Below are positions 37,788-47,724 of a stretch of DNA of 64,000 nt, piece after piece (the first letter of the stretch is position 1; each line of letters opens with the position of its first letter). The DNA comes from an uncultured Lachnospiraceae bacterium (GTDB lineage: Bacteria; Bacillota; Clostridia; Lachnospirales; Lachnospiraceae): assembly GCA_946615865.1 (NCBI GenBank), contig CAMOIJ010000001.1:35640-99639 (forward strand). Direction: 5' to 3'. Position numbers and translations under genes: made by a program. The notes under the pieces are model-generated. The model was given only the letters and a program-made list of their open reading frames with translations, was not told the DNA's origin and did not search any database.

Positions 37788-38797
37788 TATTCAAGCCCCT
37801 CCTTAGCTCCTTCTTCTCTTGCCTTGCGATCCATGCGGGCCTTGTATGTAGCATCGAAGATAACGACAGCGATGATGATCGCGCCCTTGATGACATACTG
37901 GTATGCCGTATTGATCGACAGTTTACGTACGCCGTTTTCCAGTGTCGCCATGAAAAGCGCACCGATCAGTGTTCCGATGACATCACCGGATCCGCCGGAC
38001 AGCGCCACGCCGCCGACAACTGCTGCCGCGATCGGGTTGAACTCGAAGTCCATACCGATTGCAGTGGTAGCACTCTGCAGTCTCGCTGTTGTGAAAATAG
38101 CGCCTACAGCTACGGTAAAGCCGGTGATCACATAAGCAATCAGTCTCGTCTTCGCGACGTCGATACCGGAGAGGGTTGCTGCCTTCTTGCTGGCGCCTAC
38201 AGAGTAAAGGTTTGTGCCATAACGTGTGAACTTCAGGACGATCTGTCCTGCAGCGACAATCACGATCATAGCCATGATGACATAATAGAATTTGCCAATG
38301 CCACCTCCGAGCCAGGTGTAACCGGAGTGATTCATCGGCTGACTCTTGATGACGCCGTTGGCGTCCCTGATCGCGATGATGTAGGTCAACGCCCTGAAAA
38401 TACTCATGGTCGCCAACGTACCAATGAATTCGGGAACGTTGAACTTGGCTACGATCACACCATTGCAAAGTCCGCACAGAAGTCCTACAAGAATTCCGGC
38501 GAGCATCATTACCGAGAAGGGAAGCAGTGTATAGGCATAAATGTTTGCCATTGTCATGCCTACCAGCGCCATCATACTTCCGGTTGAAAGATCAATGCCT
38601 GCTGTGATTATGATAAATGTAACGCCAACGCCTATGATCGCCGGTATGGATGCATCTCTGACTACCTCGATCAGATTGTCAAAGTTGAAAAACTTGCCTT
38701 TGCCCGCTCCTGCAAGGATGGTGAACAATACAACAAGTATGACCAGCATACCGATCGAAATCAGGCGCCGCATCGTTGTCTGATTCATCCGTTTCAC
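37787..38797 (-). CDS. monosaccharide ABC permease (RbsC family)
   Basis: AGIDLS, VPEFIGTL, AATLSGI, IAAAVVGGVALSGGSG. Confidence 0.9.
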   Translation of the reverse strand: MKRMNQTTMRRLISIGMLVILVVLFTILAGAGKGKFFNFDNLIEVVRDASIPAIIGVGVTFIIITAGIDLSTGSMMALVGMTMANIYAYTLLPFSVMMLAGILVGLLCGLCNGVIVAKFNVPEFIGTLATMSIFRALTYIIAIRDANGVIKSQPMNHSGYTWLGGGIGKFYYVIMAMIVIVAAGQIVLKFTRYGTNLYSVGASKKAATLSGIDVAKTRLIAYVITGFTVAVGAIFTTARLQSATTAIGMDFEFNPIAAAVVGGVALSGGSGDVIGTLIGALFMATLENGVRKLSINTAYQYVIKGAIIIAVVIFDATYKARMDRKAREEGAKEGLE

Positions 38798-38961
38798 TTG
38801 TTATTTCCTCCTCTCTTATACATTCCCGCGCAAAATATATACTGCTGCCGGACTCTTCCGCCACTGACAGGTATAAATACGTCAGCACGCTTTCGACGGG
38901 AGTGCATAAGGGCGGGTATCATAAAGATTCCCGCCCGCTCTTATTCACTGGAAAAATCAGA

Positions 38962-40005
38962 TTACCAGCGATCTTCAGGTGCAATGTTGCCAACGGTCTC
39001 AGCAGTAACAACGATGGGCTCCATGATGACCTTAGGAGTTGCGGTCAGGCATGTGTAATCATACTCGGAACCGATCATAAGCAGAGCGATCTTAGCTGCT
39101 GTGGAACCTTCGTCCCAGCTGTTCGTGTAGATCGTGCCTGCCATGTCGCCGCTCTCGATCATTGCAAGAGCGTCCTTCTCACCGTCAGCGCCCCAGATGC
39201 AGATCTGGCCCTTCTTGTTAGCGGACTGTGCTGCAAGCGCAGCGCCCTCTGCCATTGCGTCGTTGATTGCGAATACGCCCTTAAGATCCGGATAGGACTG
39301 CAGGAAGGAGTTCATAACTGTCATAGCTGTATCCTTCTGGAAGGATGCAGACTGTGCGTCAACGATCTTGATGTTAGGATAATTAGCGATTGTGTCACGG
39401 AAGCCCTTCTCAAGGTTATCAGTACGCTCAAGTCCGGGAACACCCTGAATGATCGCGATGTCGCCGGCCTCACCCATCTGCTCAGCCATCTTGTCTGCTG
39501 CCATACGGCCTGCGTCGTAGTCAACAGCCATGACAAGCGCGCTGTGGATCGTGTCGCTTGAGCAGTCAAGGTTAACTGTGATAACCGGGATGCCTGCTTC
39601 CTCAGCCTGTTTTACACTGGGAGCCAGAGCAGTTCCGTCAGAGCACTGCAGAATGATCGCATTGTAGCCCTGGTTGATGCAGTCTGTCATGATCTGCACC
39701 TGAGTCTCTGCGGACTCTTCAGCGCCGTAAGAATCGACTTTGATGTTGGACCAGGATGCGCATTCTCTCTCGATACCCTCTTTCCAGCCCTGGTTATTGG
39801 GAGTTCCGATATCATGTGCGATGTAAGCGATCTTGACTTCGTCGCCTGCATAAGGATCAACCTTTACCTTAGCGCTGCTTCCGCCTGCCGCAGCACCTGC
39901 AGATGCATTGTTGTCCTCTCTGGTGGTCGTTCCGCCGCCGCCGCATGCTGCAAGGCTCAGTGCCATGATTGCTGTGAGCGCGAGTGCGATAACTCTCTTT
40001 TTCAT
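38962..40005 (-). CDS. monosaccharide ABC substrate-binding lipoprotein (RbsB family)
   Basis: lipobox LAAC, AGIPVITVN, FAINDAMAEGA, GADG. Confidence 0.9.
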   Translation of the reverse strand: MKKRVIALALTAIMALSLAACGGGGTTTREDNNASAGAAAGGSSAKVKVDPYAGDEVKIAYIAHDIGTPNNQGWKEGIERECASWSNIKVDSYGAEESAETQVQIMTDCINQGYNAIILQCSDGTALAPSVKQAEEAGIPVITVNLDCSSDTIHSALVMAVDYDAGRMAADKMAEQMGEAGDIAIIQGVPGLERTDNLEKGFRDTIANYPNIKIVDAQSASFQKDTAMTVMNSFLQSYPDLKGVFAINDAMAEGAALAAQSANKKGQICIWGADGEKDALAMIESGDMAGTIYTNSWDEGSTAAKIALLMIGSEYDYTCLTATPKVIMEPIVVTAETVGNIAPEDRW

Positions 40006-40086
40006 ATGTTACCCTCCTTAAAAAAAATAATTATGCAAAAAGCAAAGAGATTTATCTGTAAATCCTTTACATTTTTCCAAAAGTCA

Positions 40087-41004
40087 TCAGGCCTTCGGCC
40101 TTCCTTCCAGTGCGTGGATCGTGTTAACGACGAATTCGTGAGTCGGAACCGCGACACCTGCCTTCCTGGCGGCACGGACTACAGATCCGCTGATGGTGTC
40201 GACTTCCGTTCTCCTTCCCGCGCGGATATCCGCGCAGATCGAGGTCACGCCCTCGGGGGAACCGACCGACGTCTTCTTAACCTTCTCGGTGATCTCTTCC
40301 TCATCAGCTTTAAGTCCCAGTGCGTGCGCGACTTCCACCGCCTCGTGAATCAGCGCGGTGGTCATCTTCCATGCGTACTCGTTAGCGTAAATGTAGCCGA
40401 TCTCACACTGCAGAACACCGGTCACTGCGCTGAGCGACACATTGGTGAAAAGCTTGTCCCAGATGAGCTGCTGGATCACGGAATGAATGCGTACGTTGAA
40501 ACCGCATGCGTCAAAGGATTCCTTAAGTTTGGGAAGGAAGCCTTCCTTGTCCTCTACGAGCATACCGACGTTGGTATTTCCCTCTCCGCCGTGACGGATG
40601 TAGCCCATGCCGAGCACTGCACCGTTGTCTTCGGTCGTGCCGATGATGATATGATCCAGGTCGACAAACTCACCCAGGATATCCTCATGACCGGAGCCGT
40701 TCTGAAGCGTCAGCACATACGTATTGGGACCGATCAGCGCCTTATTGCCGGCAAGTGCCGCCTTGGAAAACAGCGCCTTGACAAACAGGATGATCAGATC
40801 CACGGGCTCAATCCCTTCTGTGGAAGTGACTGCCTTGGGATGATACAGGTTATCAGTTCCGTACTCCTGAAGTTTGAGTCCGTTTTCATTGACTGCCGCG
40901 ACTACATTCGGATTAGTATCAACAAGATAAACGTCATTATGTAATGATAGATGTCCTCCGTAAATGGAGCCCATGGCGCCTGCGCCGATAACTGCTATTC
41001 TCAT
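40087..41004 (-). CDS. ketopantoate reductase (PanE/ApbA) family 2-keto-acid reductase
   Basis: IGAGAMG, LFVK, TLQNG.GH, IWDKLFTN, S...DI..GRRTEVD.ISG. Confidence 0.9.
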   Translation of the reverse strand: MRIAVIGAGAMGSIYGGHLSLHNDVYLVDTNPNVVAAVNENGLKLQEYGTDNLYHPKAVTSTEGIEPVDLIILFVKALFSKAALAGNKALIGPNTYVLTLQNGSGHEDILGEFVDLDHIIIGTTEDNGAVLGMGYIRHGGEGNTNVGMLVEDKEGFLPKLKESFDACGFNVRIHSVIQQLIWDKLFTNVSLSAVTGVLQCEIGYIYANEYAWKMTTALIHEAVEVAHALGLKADEEEITEKVKKTSVGSPEGVTSICADIRAGRRTEVDTISGSVVRAARKAGVAVPTHEFVVNTIHALEGRPKA

Positions 41005-41019
41005 ACTGTCAAAACTCCT

Positions 41020-41712
41020 TTATTCAGAAAATTCCTTAATTCCCTCGATTGCATAAGCATGAACCGGGCTGGAATCCAGGCCGACGATCGGAAGCGGGGA
41101 GAAGGACATGAAGAATACATCCTTTTCAAGGTACTCGAGGTTCTTGAGAACTTCGATGAAAATGATGTTCTCTGCAAGGAGAATGTCATGGAAAGGCTTA
41201 ACATCTTCGTTGCAGTTCTCGATGGAGACACCGTCGCCGAAGCCTACTGCCTTGACCTTGTGATCGCGGAACCACTCTGCGGACTCAGCATCGATCAGGA
41301 GTCTCTTGTCAACTTCCGTGTTGGTCAGTTTCGTGAAGGGCTCAAGCTTATAGGAAGAGTCGATGATGACGATATCGCCCTCTTTTACCTTGTAAGCAAC
41401 TCTGTCGAGGTCAGCCTTTGTAATGTGTGTGTAGGGAGCTACAGTGTCCTTGAAATCCACATAGACGCCGCGGCCTACGAAAGTTGTCAGAGGAAGTCCT
41501 GTGACATCCGGCCAATTGTCATCGTGGTGATAAGGGCACTCAGCGTGGGTTCCAAGATGGCTCATGATATCAAAGTTTGTGTGGAAATCCGGGATCGGGC
41601 CGCCGGTGTTGAAGCGGTACAGTTTGCATCTTCTGGTCTCGGTTGCCGGATCTACCAGTTTGGAAAGATCGACCAGGCGCATGCCATTACCCATATCGTA
41701 TACTACTTGCAT
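41020..41712 (-). CDS. cyclase (KynB-like) family metal-dependent hydrolase
   Basis: HLGTHAECPYH, VKAVGFGD, FHDILL...I.FIEVL.NL, PL...GLDSSPV. Confidence 0.88.
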   Translation of the reverse strand: MQVVYDMGNGMRLVDLSKLVDPATETRRCKLYRFNTGGPIPDFHTNFDIMSHLGTHAECPYHHDDNWPDVTGLPLTTFVGRGVYVDFKDTVAPYTHITKADLDRVAYKVKEGDIVIIDSSYKLEPFTKLTNTEVDKRLLIDAESAEWFRDHKVKAVGFGDGVSIENCNEDVKPFHDILLAENIIFIEVLKNLEYLEKDVFFMSFSPLPIVGLDSSPVHAYAIEGIKEFSE

Positions 41713-41747
41713 AATTAACCTCCTTACTTATTAAACATGTGTTGCAG

Positions 41748-42200
41748 TTATATCTTGACTTTCACAACGACCTTCTTGACCGGAGCGGGCACGCCTGCCG
41801 CGCAGCGGGGTTTGTGGGCGTCCTCAGGCGCAACGACGATGAGATCGCCTTCCCTCAGGAGCACCTGTCCGTAGAGATCCGGATCGCTGTAGAACACAAC
41901 GTCATTCTCATCGATCCTGTCGATCTCCTTAAGTCCGTCTCTCTTACATACGCCGAACATCTCATCCCCTGTCACCATGTACTGGATATCGAAATACTTC
42001 TCATGTGTCTCGAATCTCCGCTCTTCCCACGGTGAAGTTGAATATTCCTGAACCCCTGCGATGACATCGTCTCCCATCAGCGGATAGAAGCCCTCCGGCA
42101 GATTCTTGATATCGGTCTCGGCAAGCCATTTGTACGCAACTGTAAATTTCTCATCCAAATAGTTGTATTTCTCAGCAATGCTGACGTTACAAAAAAACAT
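41748..42200 (-). CDS. YhcH/YjgK/YiaL family protein
   Basis: FETHEKYFDIQY...G.E, END..FY, PEDAHKP, VKKVVVKV. Confidence 0.9.
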   Translation of the reverse strand: MFFCNVSIAEKYNYLDEKFTVAYKWLAETDIKNLPEGFYPLMGDDVIAGVQEYSTSPWEERRFETHEKYFDIQYMVTGDEMFGVCKRDGLKEIDRIDENDVVFYSDPDLYGQVLLREGDLIVVAPEDAHKPRCAAGVPAPVKKVVVKVKI

Positions 42201-42382
42201 TGTCACCTCCCTTTTTGAGCCAGGCTGTGTTCAATAATGTGTCTATTAAATTATACAATGTGCACGTTTAAAATGGAAGATAAATATAAACAATTACTAA
42301 ACTGGGCAAAACTACATTTAAGCATATATTAACTGTTGACAACATCTTCTAAACAAAAGGAAGATTCTTGCATAAATCAAAC

Positions 42383-42426
42383 AAAAAAGCGCCGCCGCAT
42401 TTTTTCAAATGCGGCGGTGCTTTTTT
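42383..42426 (-). terminator. intrinsic terminator ending the pectin/uronate operon
   Basis: AAAAAAGCGCCGCCGCATTT...AAATGCGGCGGTGCTTTTTT. Confidence 0.8.
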
Positions 42427-42456
42427 GGAGCCGTTTTATTCTGGTTTTCGTACAGA

Positions 42457-43890
42457 TCACAGTCCGAAATATCTCGCTGCGTTCTTGTAGGAGATGCCCT
42501 CAACGATCTTCTTAAGAGAAGCCTCGTTGTTGGGATACTCGCCGTTCTCAACCCATTTGCCGATCAGGTTGCACATAATGCGGCGGAAGTAGTCGTGTCT
42601 TGCATAGGACAGGAAGGATCTGGAGTCTGTCAGCATTCCCACGAAATTGCCCAGAAGGCCGAGGTTTGCGAGGGACTTCATCTGGTCCTCCATGCCGCTC
42701 TTAGTGTCGTTGAACCACCATGCGCTGCCGTGCTGGATCTTTCCGGGCACCTCGTCGGACTGGAAGCAGCCCAGCATGGTGCCGATCTGCTCATTGTCAG
42801 CGGGATTCAGGGAATAGATGATGGTCTTGGGGCACTCGTTTGTCATATCCAGTGCGGACAGCAGGCGCGCGATGTCCTCGCCGCATGTGTTCTGCGCGAT
42901 CATATCTACGCCGGTGTCAGGCCCCATCTTGCGGAAGATTCTTTCATTAGCGTTGCGGTAGCAGGAATAGTGGAGCTGCATAACGATGTTAAGGCGGTGA
43001 TATGCCTTGGCAAGCGCCATCAGAACCGCGGTCTGATACTTCTCAGCTTCCTCTACGGTAATCGCCTCGCCTGCCATGACTTTCTTATAAACAGCGTCAA
43101 CTTCCTCAGCAGTCGCAGGACGGAAAGGAATGTAATCCAGGCCGTGGTCGCTTGCGCGGCATCCGAGCTTAGCGAAGAACTCAAGGCGCTCGATCAGAGC
43201 GTCGATGACTTCCTGTGCGCTGGCCAGCTCTTTTTTGCCTACCGATGCTGCGAGCTTGCCAATGTACTCAGCGAAGCCTTCCTTGTTGATGTTGATCGCT
43301 TTGTCGGGACGATAAGAAGGGCAGACCTTGACTTCGATGGAAGGATCTGCTGCGATCTTCTCGTGCCACTCCAGGCTGTCGATCGGATCATCGGTCGTGC
43401 CGATGAAAGCCACGTTCGACTGCTTGATCAGGCCGCGGACCGACATGTTGGGATCATTCTGCAGCATATCGGCGGTCTTGTCCCAGATCTCCTTGGCGTT
43501 ATCAACCGTCAGAGGCTCCGTGATGCCGAAGTATTTGTGCAGCTCGGCGTTGGACCAGTGATACATAGGATTTCCGATTGCCATCTCCAGAGCCTCCGCG
43601 AATTTCACGAATCTCTCGAAGTCCGGCTTGTGGCCTGTGATATACTCTTCCGGTGTTCCGTTGGAACGCATTACACGCCATTTGTAGTGGTCACCGAAAT
43701 AGGTGCCGTCAGGGTTCTCGCCGCCAAGCCATACTTCAGCGATGTTGTTGAAGCGGCGGTCCTCATAGATCTCCTTGGGGGAGATATGGCAGTGATAGTC
43801 CACCAGAGGCATCGGATCTGAGTAGTCATGGAACAGGTGCTTCGCGGTCTCGGTCTCCAGCAGGAAATCTTTGTCCATAAAAGGTTTCAT
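42457..43890 (-). CDS. uxaC: uronate isomerase
   Basis: DYHCH, GDHYKWR.MR, TTDDP.D.LEWH, GSAWWFND, GMLTDSRSFLSY.RHDYFRR. Confidence 0.96.
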   Translation of the reverse strand: MKPFMDKDFLLETETAKHLFHDYSDPMPLVDYHCHISPKEIYEDRRFNNIAEVWLGGENPDGTYFGDHYKWRVMRSNGTPEEYITGHKPDFERFVKFAEALEMAIGNPMYHWSNAELHKYFGITEPLTVDNAKEIWDKTADMLQNDPNMSVRGLIKQSNVAFIGTTDDPIDSLEWHEKIAADPSIEVKVCPSYRPDKAININKEGFAEYIGKLAASVGKKELASAQEVIDALIERLEFFAKLGCRASDHGLDYIPFRPATAEEVDAVYKKVMAGEAITVEEAEKYQTAVLMALAKAYHRLNIVMQLHYSCYRNANERIFRKMGPDTGVDMIAQNTCGEDIARLLSALDMTNECPKTIIYSLNPADNEQIGTMLGCFQSDEVPGKIQHGSAWWFNDTKSGMEDQMKSLANLGLLGNFVGMLTDSRSFLSYARHDYFRRIMCNLIGKWVENGEYPNNEASLKKIVEGISYKNAARYFGL

Positions 43891-43921
43891 GATATGTTGT
43901 TCTCCTTTTCTTGTTGTGATA

Positions 43922-45007
43922 TCAGCGCTTGATATCGTAGTTCATGTTCATGAGGTTGATGATGCTGTCGACATCATCTGTGATATTTCCATCGCCGTGG
44001 ATCGTGTGCTTGATGACACTCGAAGCCACCGCGAAGTTCACCATATCCATAGGTTTGAAATGATGCATATACGCATAGATCAGACCGCTGGCGAATGCGT
44101 CGCCGCCGCCGACTCTGTCCAGGATGTTGAAAGTGAACAGGCGGCTCTCGAAAGTGTGCCCTTTGTACCACATATAGGCCATCAGGCTGTTCTCACTTCC
44201 GGAGTGGACATAACGCACATGTCTCGCGATGCATTTGATATTGGGATACTTCTCCACAAAGGCCTGGAAGACCTCATCCTGCTGCTCATAGCTGGGCTGC
44301 AGCGGGATTCCGTCCTTGACGTCTCCCTTTGAAGGGTCTTCGTCATCTTTATAGAGATGATAGGGCTCAATGCCAAAGAGCACATCCACGTAAGGAAGGC
44401 ACTTCGTGCAGAAATCCCTCGCCTCGTTCCAGGTCCACAGAAGACTTCTGAAGTTGCCGTCGAAGCTGACCTTAAGGCCCATCTCCTTGGCGGTCTGCAT
44501 CAGGCGGATCATAAACTCCGCACAGCTCTCGCTAAGGGCAGGCGTAATTCCGCTCAGATGAAGCCAGTCGAATCCTTCCAGAAGCTCTCTCGCGTCGATC
44601 TTTGAGAAATCATATTCTGTGATGGCGCTGTGTTTGCGGTCATAGGTGACCTTGCTGGGGCGGATCCCGTAACCGGTCTCCAGATAGTAAGTTCCGAGTC
44701 TGTGGGTCGGCGTCTCCTGTTTGCTGGAGAGGATCACAGGCGTGCAGTGCACATCATTGCTTCGCAGCATACGCACTGCACTCTTTCCGAGGGAATTGTT
44801 CGGTACCACTGTAAAGAAGGTACTGTCCACACCCAGGTTAGCCAGGGCCAGAGCGATGTTGGCCTCACTTCCTCCATAACTGGCGTCGAAACTGTTCGCC
44901 ACACGGATCTTGCCGTAGTTGGGAGGCGTCAGGCGGAGCATGATCTCGCCGAAAGTAATAAATTTCTGTCCGCCGTCATTGTCCAGCAGCGGGTTTTTAT
45001 GAACCAT
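43922..45007 (-). CDS. kdgK: 2-keto-3-deoxygluconate kinase (PfkB family)
   Basis: TFGEIMLRL, GGSEAN, HLSGITPAL, DRVGGGDAFASG; uronate context. Confidence 0.85.
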   Translation of the reverse strand: MVHKNPLLDNDGGQKFITFGEIMLRLTPPNYGKIRVANSFDASYGGSEANIALALANLGVDSTFFTVVPNNSLGKSAVRMLRSNDVHCTPVILSSKQETPTHRLGTYYLETGYGIRPSKVTYDRKHSAITEYDFSKIDARELLEGFDWLHLSGITPALSESCAEFMIRLMQTAKEMGLKVSFDGNFRSLLWTWNEARDFCTKCLPYVDVLFGIEPYHLYKDDEDPSKGDVKDGIPLQPSYEQQDEVFQAFVEKYPNIKCIARHVRYVHSGSENSLMAYMWYKGHTFESRLFTFNILDRVGGGDAFASGLIYAYMHHFKPMDMVNFAVASSVIKHTIHGDGNITDDVDSIINLMNMNYDIKR

Positions 45008-45052
45008 TTCTTTCCTCCTTCTCATAGTGTTTCCCGTAAAACTCTTCCCGGA

Positions 45053-45907
45053 TCACAGTCCGTCATATATCTCCTGCAGATACATTCTGGAGCTCACCGC
45101 GTTCTCGTCCGTAGTATTTTCCAAAGTTGTATGAATATAAGGCTTTCTCACCTTTATGAACTTCAGGATCTCCTTGTAGTCCATGACGCCGGTTCCCGCC
45201 GCGATGCTCTTGAGGTCATCTCCATCAGGGACACAGTCCTTGAGATGAACGACTGCGATCCGATCGCACAGCTTCTCCATTGCCTCTCCGATCACTTTGC
45301 CGCGCTCGTCGAGGTTTCCGGGATACAGGAGATTGACCGGGTCAAAAATGATCCTGAGGTTGGGACTCTGTATCGCCTCCAGCACTTTCACTGCTCTGTC
45401 CGGGCTGTATACGATGTGTTTCCAGACAGGCTCAATGGCCATTGTCACGCCGCATTTCTCCGCTCTCTCCACTACCGGCGCAAGGCCCCGGATAAAGGTA
45501 TCAAGAGCTTCCTCGGAGTGCGTGTTGGCATCCATCTTGTACTGGGCGTTCGGAGCTCCGGTCTCGGTTCCCACCACGCCGGCTCCCAGAAGGGACGCTA
45601 CACGAAGGTGCCCGTAGTACCTGCTCTGGATCTCCTTAAGCTTATCCGGATCCGGATGGGCCAGATTCAGATAGCAGCCGAGGACAGCCACATCCAGGCC
45701 CTGGCCTTCAAATACCCTCCTGGTATATTTTGCCAGGCCCTCTGTCAGCGCGCAGTCATCAAAGGTATACCCCTTGATCACCTTGGAATAAGCGAGATGA
45801 ACGCAGGTGAACCCTTCCTCTCTTGCCGTCTGTGCCCGTTTCTCCATTGTCTGGAATTCAGGACCGAGTTTAGTATGAATATCATGCAGGCGAATTCCCA
45901 GCTGCAT
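45053..45907 (-). CDS. sugar phosphate isomerase/epimerase (xylose-isomerase-like TIM barrel)
   Basis: VLGCY.N, VGTETG, AIEP, IFDPVN, VHLKD, G.G..DY, LEN. Confidence 0.85.
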   Translation of the reverse strand: MQLGIRLHDIHTKLGPEFQTMEKRAQTAREEGFTCVHLAYSKVIKGYTFDDCALTEGLAKYTRRVFEGQGLDVAVLGCYLNLAHPDPDKLKEIQSRYYGHLRVASLLGAGVVGTETGAPNAQYKMDANTHSEEALDTFIRGLAPVVERAEKCGVTMAIEPVWKHIVYSPDRAVKVLEAIQSPNLRIIFDPVNLLYPGNLDERGKVIGEAMEKLCDRIAVVHLKDCVPDGDDLKSIAAGTGVMDYKEILKFIKVRKPYIHTTLENTTDENAVSSRMYLQEIYDGL

Positions 45908-46111
45908 AGGCTTTCCTCCTGTTATTCAAAATACTGACCGCCGTCACAGGGAAGGACAGCTGAAAGATCGGCAGCAGGATCCTCGATTTGAACTGCACCG
46001 CCGACGGAGTGAAGCGGAAGGCTCCTGAATTCTTCATCCTTTTGGTGAGCACTCACTTTGATCGATCGTCCTTTTTCACAAACACTGCTGACAATACAGA
46101 CGTACTACAGC

Positions 46112-46151
46112 GGCGCGCGCATCTTCGCCATAATCTTCAGATGCGCGCGCC
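46112..46151. other. intercistronic stem-loop after uxaA
   Basis: GGCGCGCGCATCT-N14-AGATGCGCGCGCC perfect 13-bp stem, no T tail. Confidence 0.6.
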
Positions 46152-46198
46152 TGCGTACTTAAATTGTGATCCGTCCGATCGTCAGGTTCACATTCACA

Positions 46199-47671
46199 TT
46201 ACAGCACTACGCCGTCCTTGAAGATCGAGATCTCTCTGAATCCCTTGCGCTCTGTGCTGGTCAGTTTGCCGGAGGCAACTTCGCAGACAAGATCAAGAAG
46301 ATCCGCGCCCGCCTCGTCGAGAGTCTTGACGCCGTCAGCGACAACGCCCGCGTTGAAGTCGATCCAGTTGGCCTTCTTCGTCGCGAGAGGTGTGTTGGTA
46401 GCGATCTTCATTGTGGGAACAGGTGCTCCGAAAGGCGTTCCTCTGCCGGTGGTGAACAGGATCAGGTTGCATCCCGCTGCCGTAAGAGCCGTACAGGACA
46501 CCAGATCGTTGCCGGGACCGTACAGAAGGTTCAGACCTTTGGTCTTAACCTGTTCGCCGTAGTTGATAACGTCCATGATCGGAGCTCTGCCGCCCTTCTG
46601 GACGCATCCGCAGGACTTGTCCTCGAGGGTGGTGATGCCGCCCTGCTTGTTGCCGGGGCTGGGATTGTCATAGACAACTTCGTTGTGGCTGATGAAGTAA
46701 TCCTTGAAGCCGTTGAGCATGTTGGAGGCCTTCTCGAAGACTCCGTCATTCACGCAGCGGCTCATCAGGAAGTTCTCCGCGCCGAACATTTCGGGTACTT
46801 CCGTGAGGATCGTGGTTCCGCCCATAGCGGTCATAAGGTCGGAGAATCTTCCGACTGTAGGGTTGGCAGTGATGCCGGACAGACCGTCTGATCCGCCGCA
46901 CTTCATGCCGACTACCAGCTCGCTCACAGGCATTTCTTCGCGCTTGAACTGGGAAGCGTACTCCGCGAGCTCTTTAAGGAGCGCGCTGCCCGCCTCCAGT
47001 TCATCCTCGACCTGCTGGCAGGTAAGGAATTTCACCCTGTCGGGATCATAATCGCCAAGTTCTGTCACAAACTGATCGTGGGTCAGGTTCTCACATCCAA
47101 GGTGCAGTACCAGAACAGCGCCCGCGTTGGGATGTCTGCACAGCGCCGCCAGAAGTCTTCTGGTCTGGGCGTGGTCATGACCGGTCTGGGAGCATCCGAA
47201 GGGATGGGTAAATGTGTACAGTCCGTCGATGCTTCCCTTGACCAGGTCCTGATTGTCGCGGACCAGAGTCTTGGCAACATCGTTGACGCAGCCGACGGTA
47301 GGAATGATCCAGATCTCATTGCGGATCGCCGCTCTTCCGTCTTTTCTCCTGTAGCCCATGAAGGTCTTGGGCTTAAGCGGTACGACGCAGGGAACAGCGG
47401 GGTCATAGGTGTACTCCACCTCGCCCTTGAGGTTGGTCATCATGTTGTGGGTGTGAACCCACTGGCCGGCTTTGATATCCTTGGTGGCGTGCCCGATGGG
47501 CAGGCCGTATTTCATGATCATGTCGCCTTTTGCGATGTCCTTAAGCGCCATCTTGTGGCCCTGAGGGATCTCCTCCACCGCTGCGGCACCGCCGAAAGCG
47601 GTGCCTGCGGGCGCGGGATGGAGGGCAACTGCTACATTATCAATGTCGTTGATCTGAATAAATATAGGCAT
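46199..47671 (-). CDS. uxaA: altronate dehydratase
   Basis: DNVAVAL SAF domain, IPTVGCVN, HPFGCSQ, KCGGSDG.SGITANP, NPSPGNK.GGITTLEDKS. Confidence 0.95.
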   Translation of the reverse strand: MPIFIQINDIDNVAVALHPAPAGTAFGGAAAVEEIPQGHKMALKDIAKGDMIMKYGLPIGHATKDIKAGQWVHTHNMMTNLKGEVEYTYDPAVPCVVPLKPKTFMGYRRKDGRAAIRNEIWIIPTVGCVNDVAKTLVRDNQDLVKGSIDGLYTFTHPFGCSQTGHDHAQTRRLLAALCRHPNAGAVLVLHLGCENLTHDQFVTELGDYDPDRVKFLTCQQVEDELEAGSALLKELAEYASQFKREEMPVSELVVGMKCGGSDGLSGITANPTVGRFSDLMTAMGGTTILTEVPEMFGAENFLMSRCVNDGVFEKASNMLNGFKDYFISHNEVVYDNPSPGNKQGGITTLEDKSCGCVQKGGRAPIMDVINYGEQVKTKGLNLLYGPGNDLVSCTALTAAGCNLILFTTGRGTPFGAPVPTMKIATNTPLATKKANWIDFNAGVVADGVKTLDEAGADLLDLVCEVASGKLTSTERKGFREISIFKDGVVL

Positions 47672-47724
47672 GGTTACCTCTCATTTCCGGGTGCAATATT
47701 TTGCACAGCCTTGCAGATTAACAA

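Noticed and set aside
38910-38936. Stem-loops after SBP genes (also 19507-19535 and ~60518-60549) as ncRNAs
   Set aside because: Their position directly 3' of binding-protein genes is typical of ordinary mRNA-stabilising hairpins in ABC operons.
40087-41712. Assigning panE (pantothenate synthesis) and kynB (tryptophan catabolism) gene symbols
   Set aside because: Family membership is clear, but the sugar-ABC context and absence of pathway partners argue against those specific functions.
42334-42344. TGTTGACAACA palindrome as operator of the YhcH operon
   Set aside because: Short, in AT-rich DNA, single copy and no cognate regulator nearby; insufficient support.
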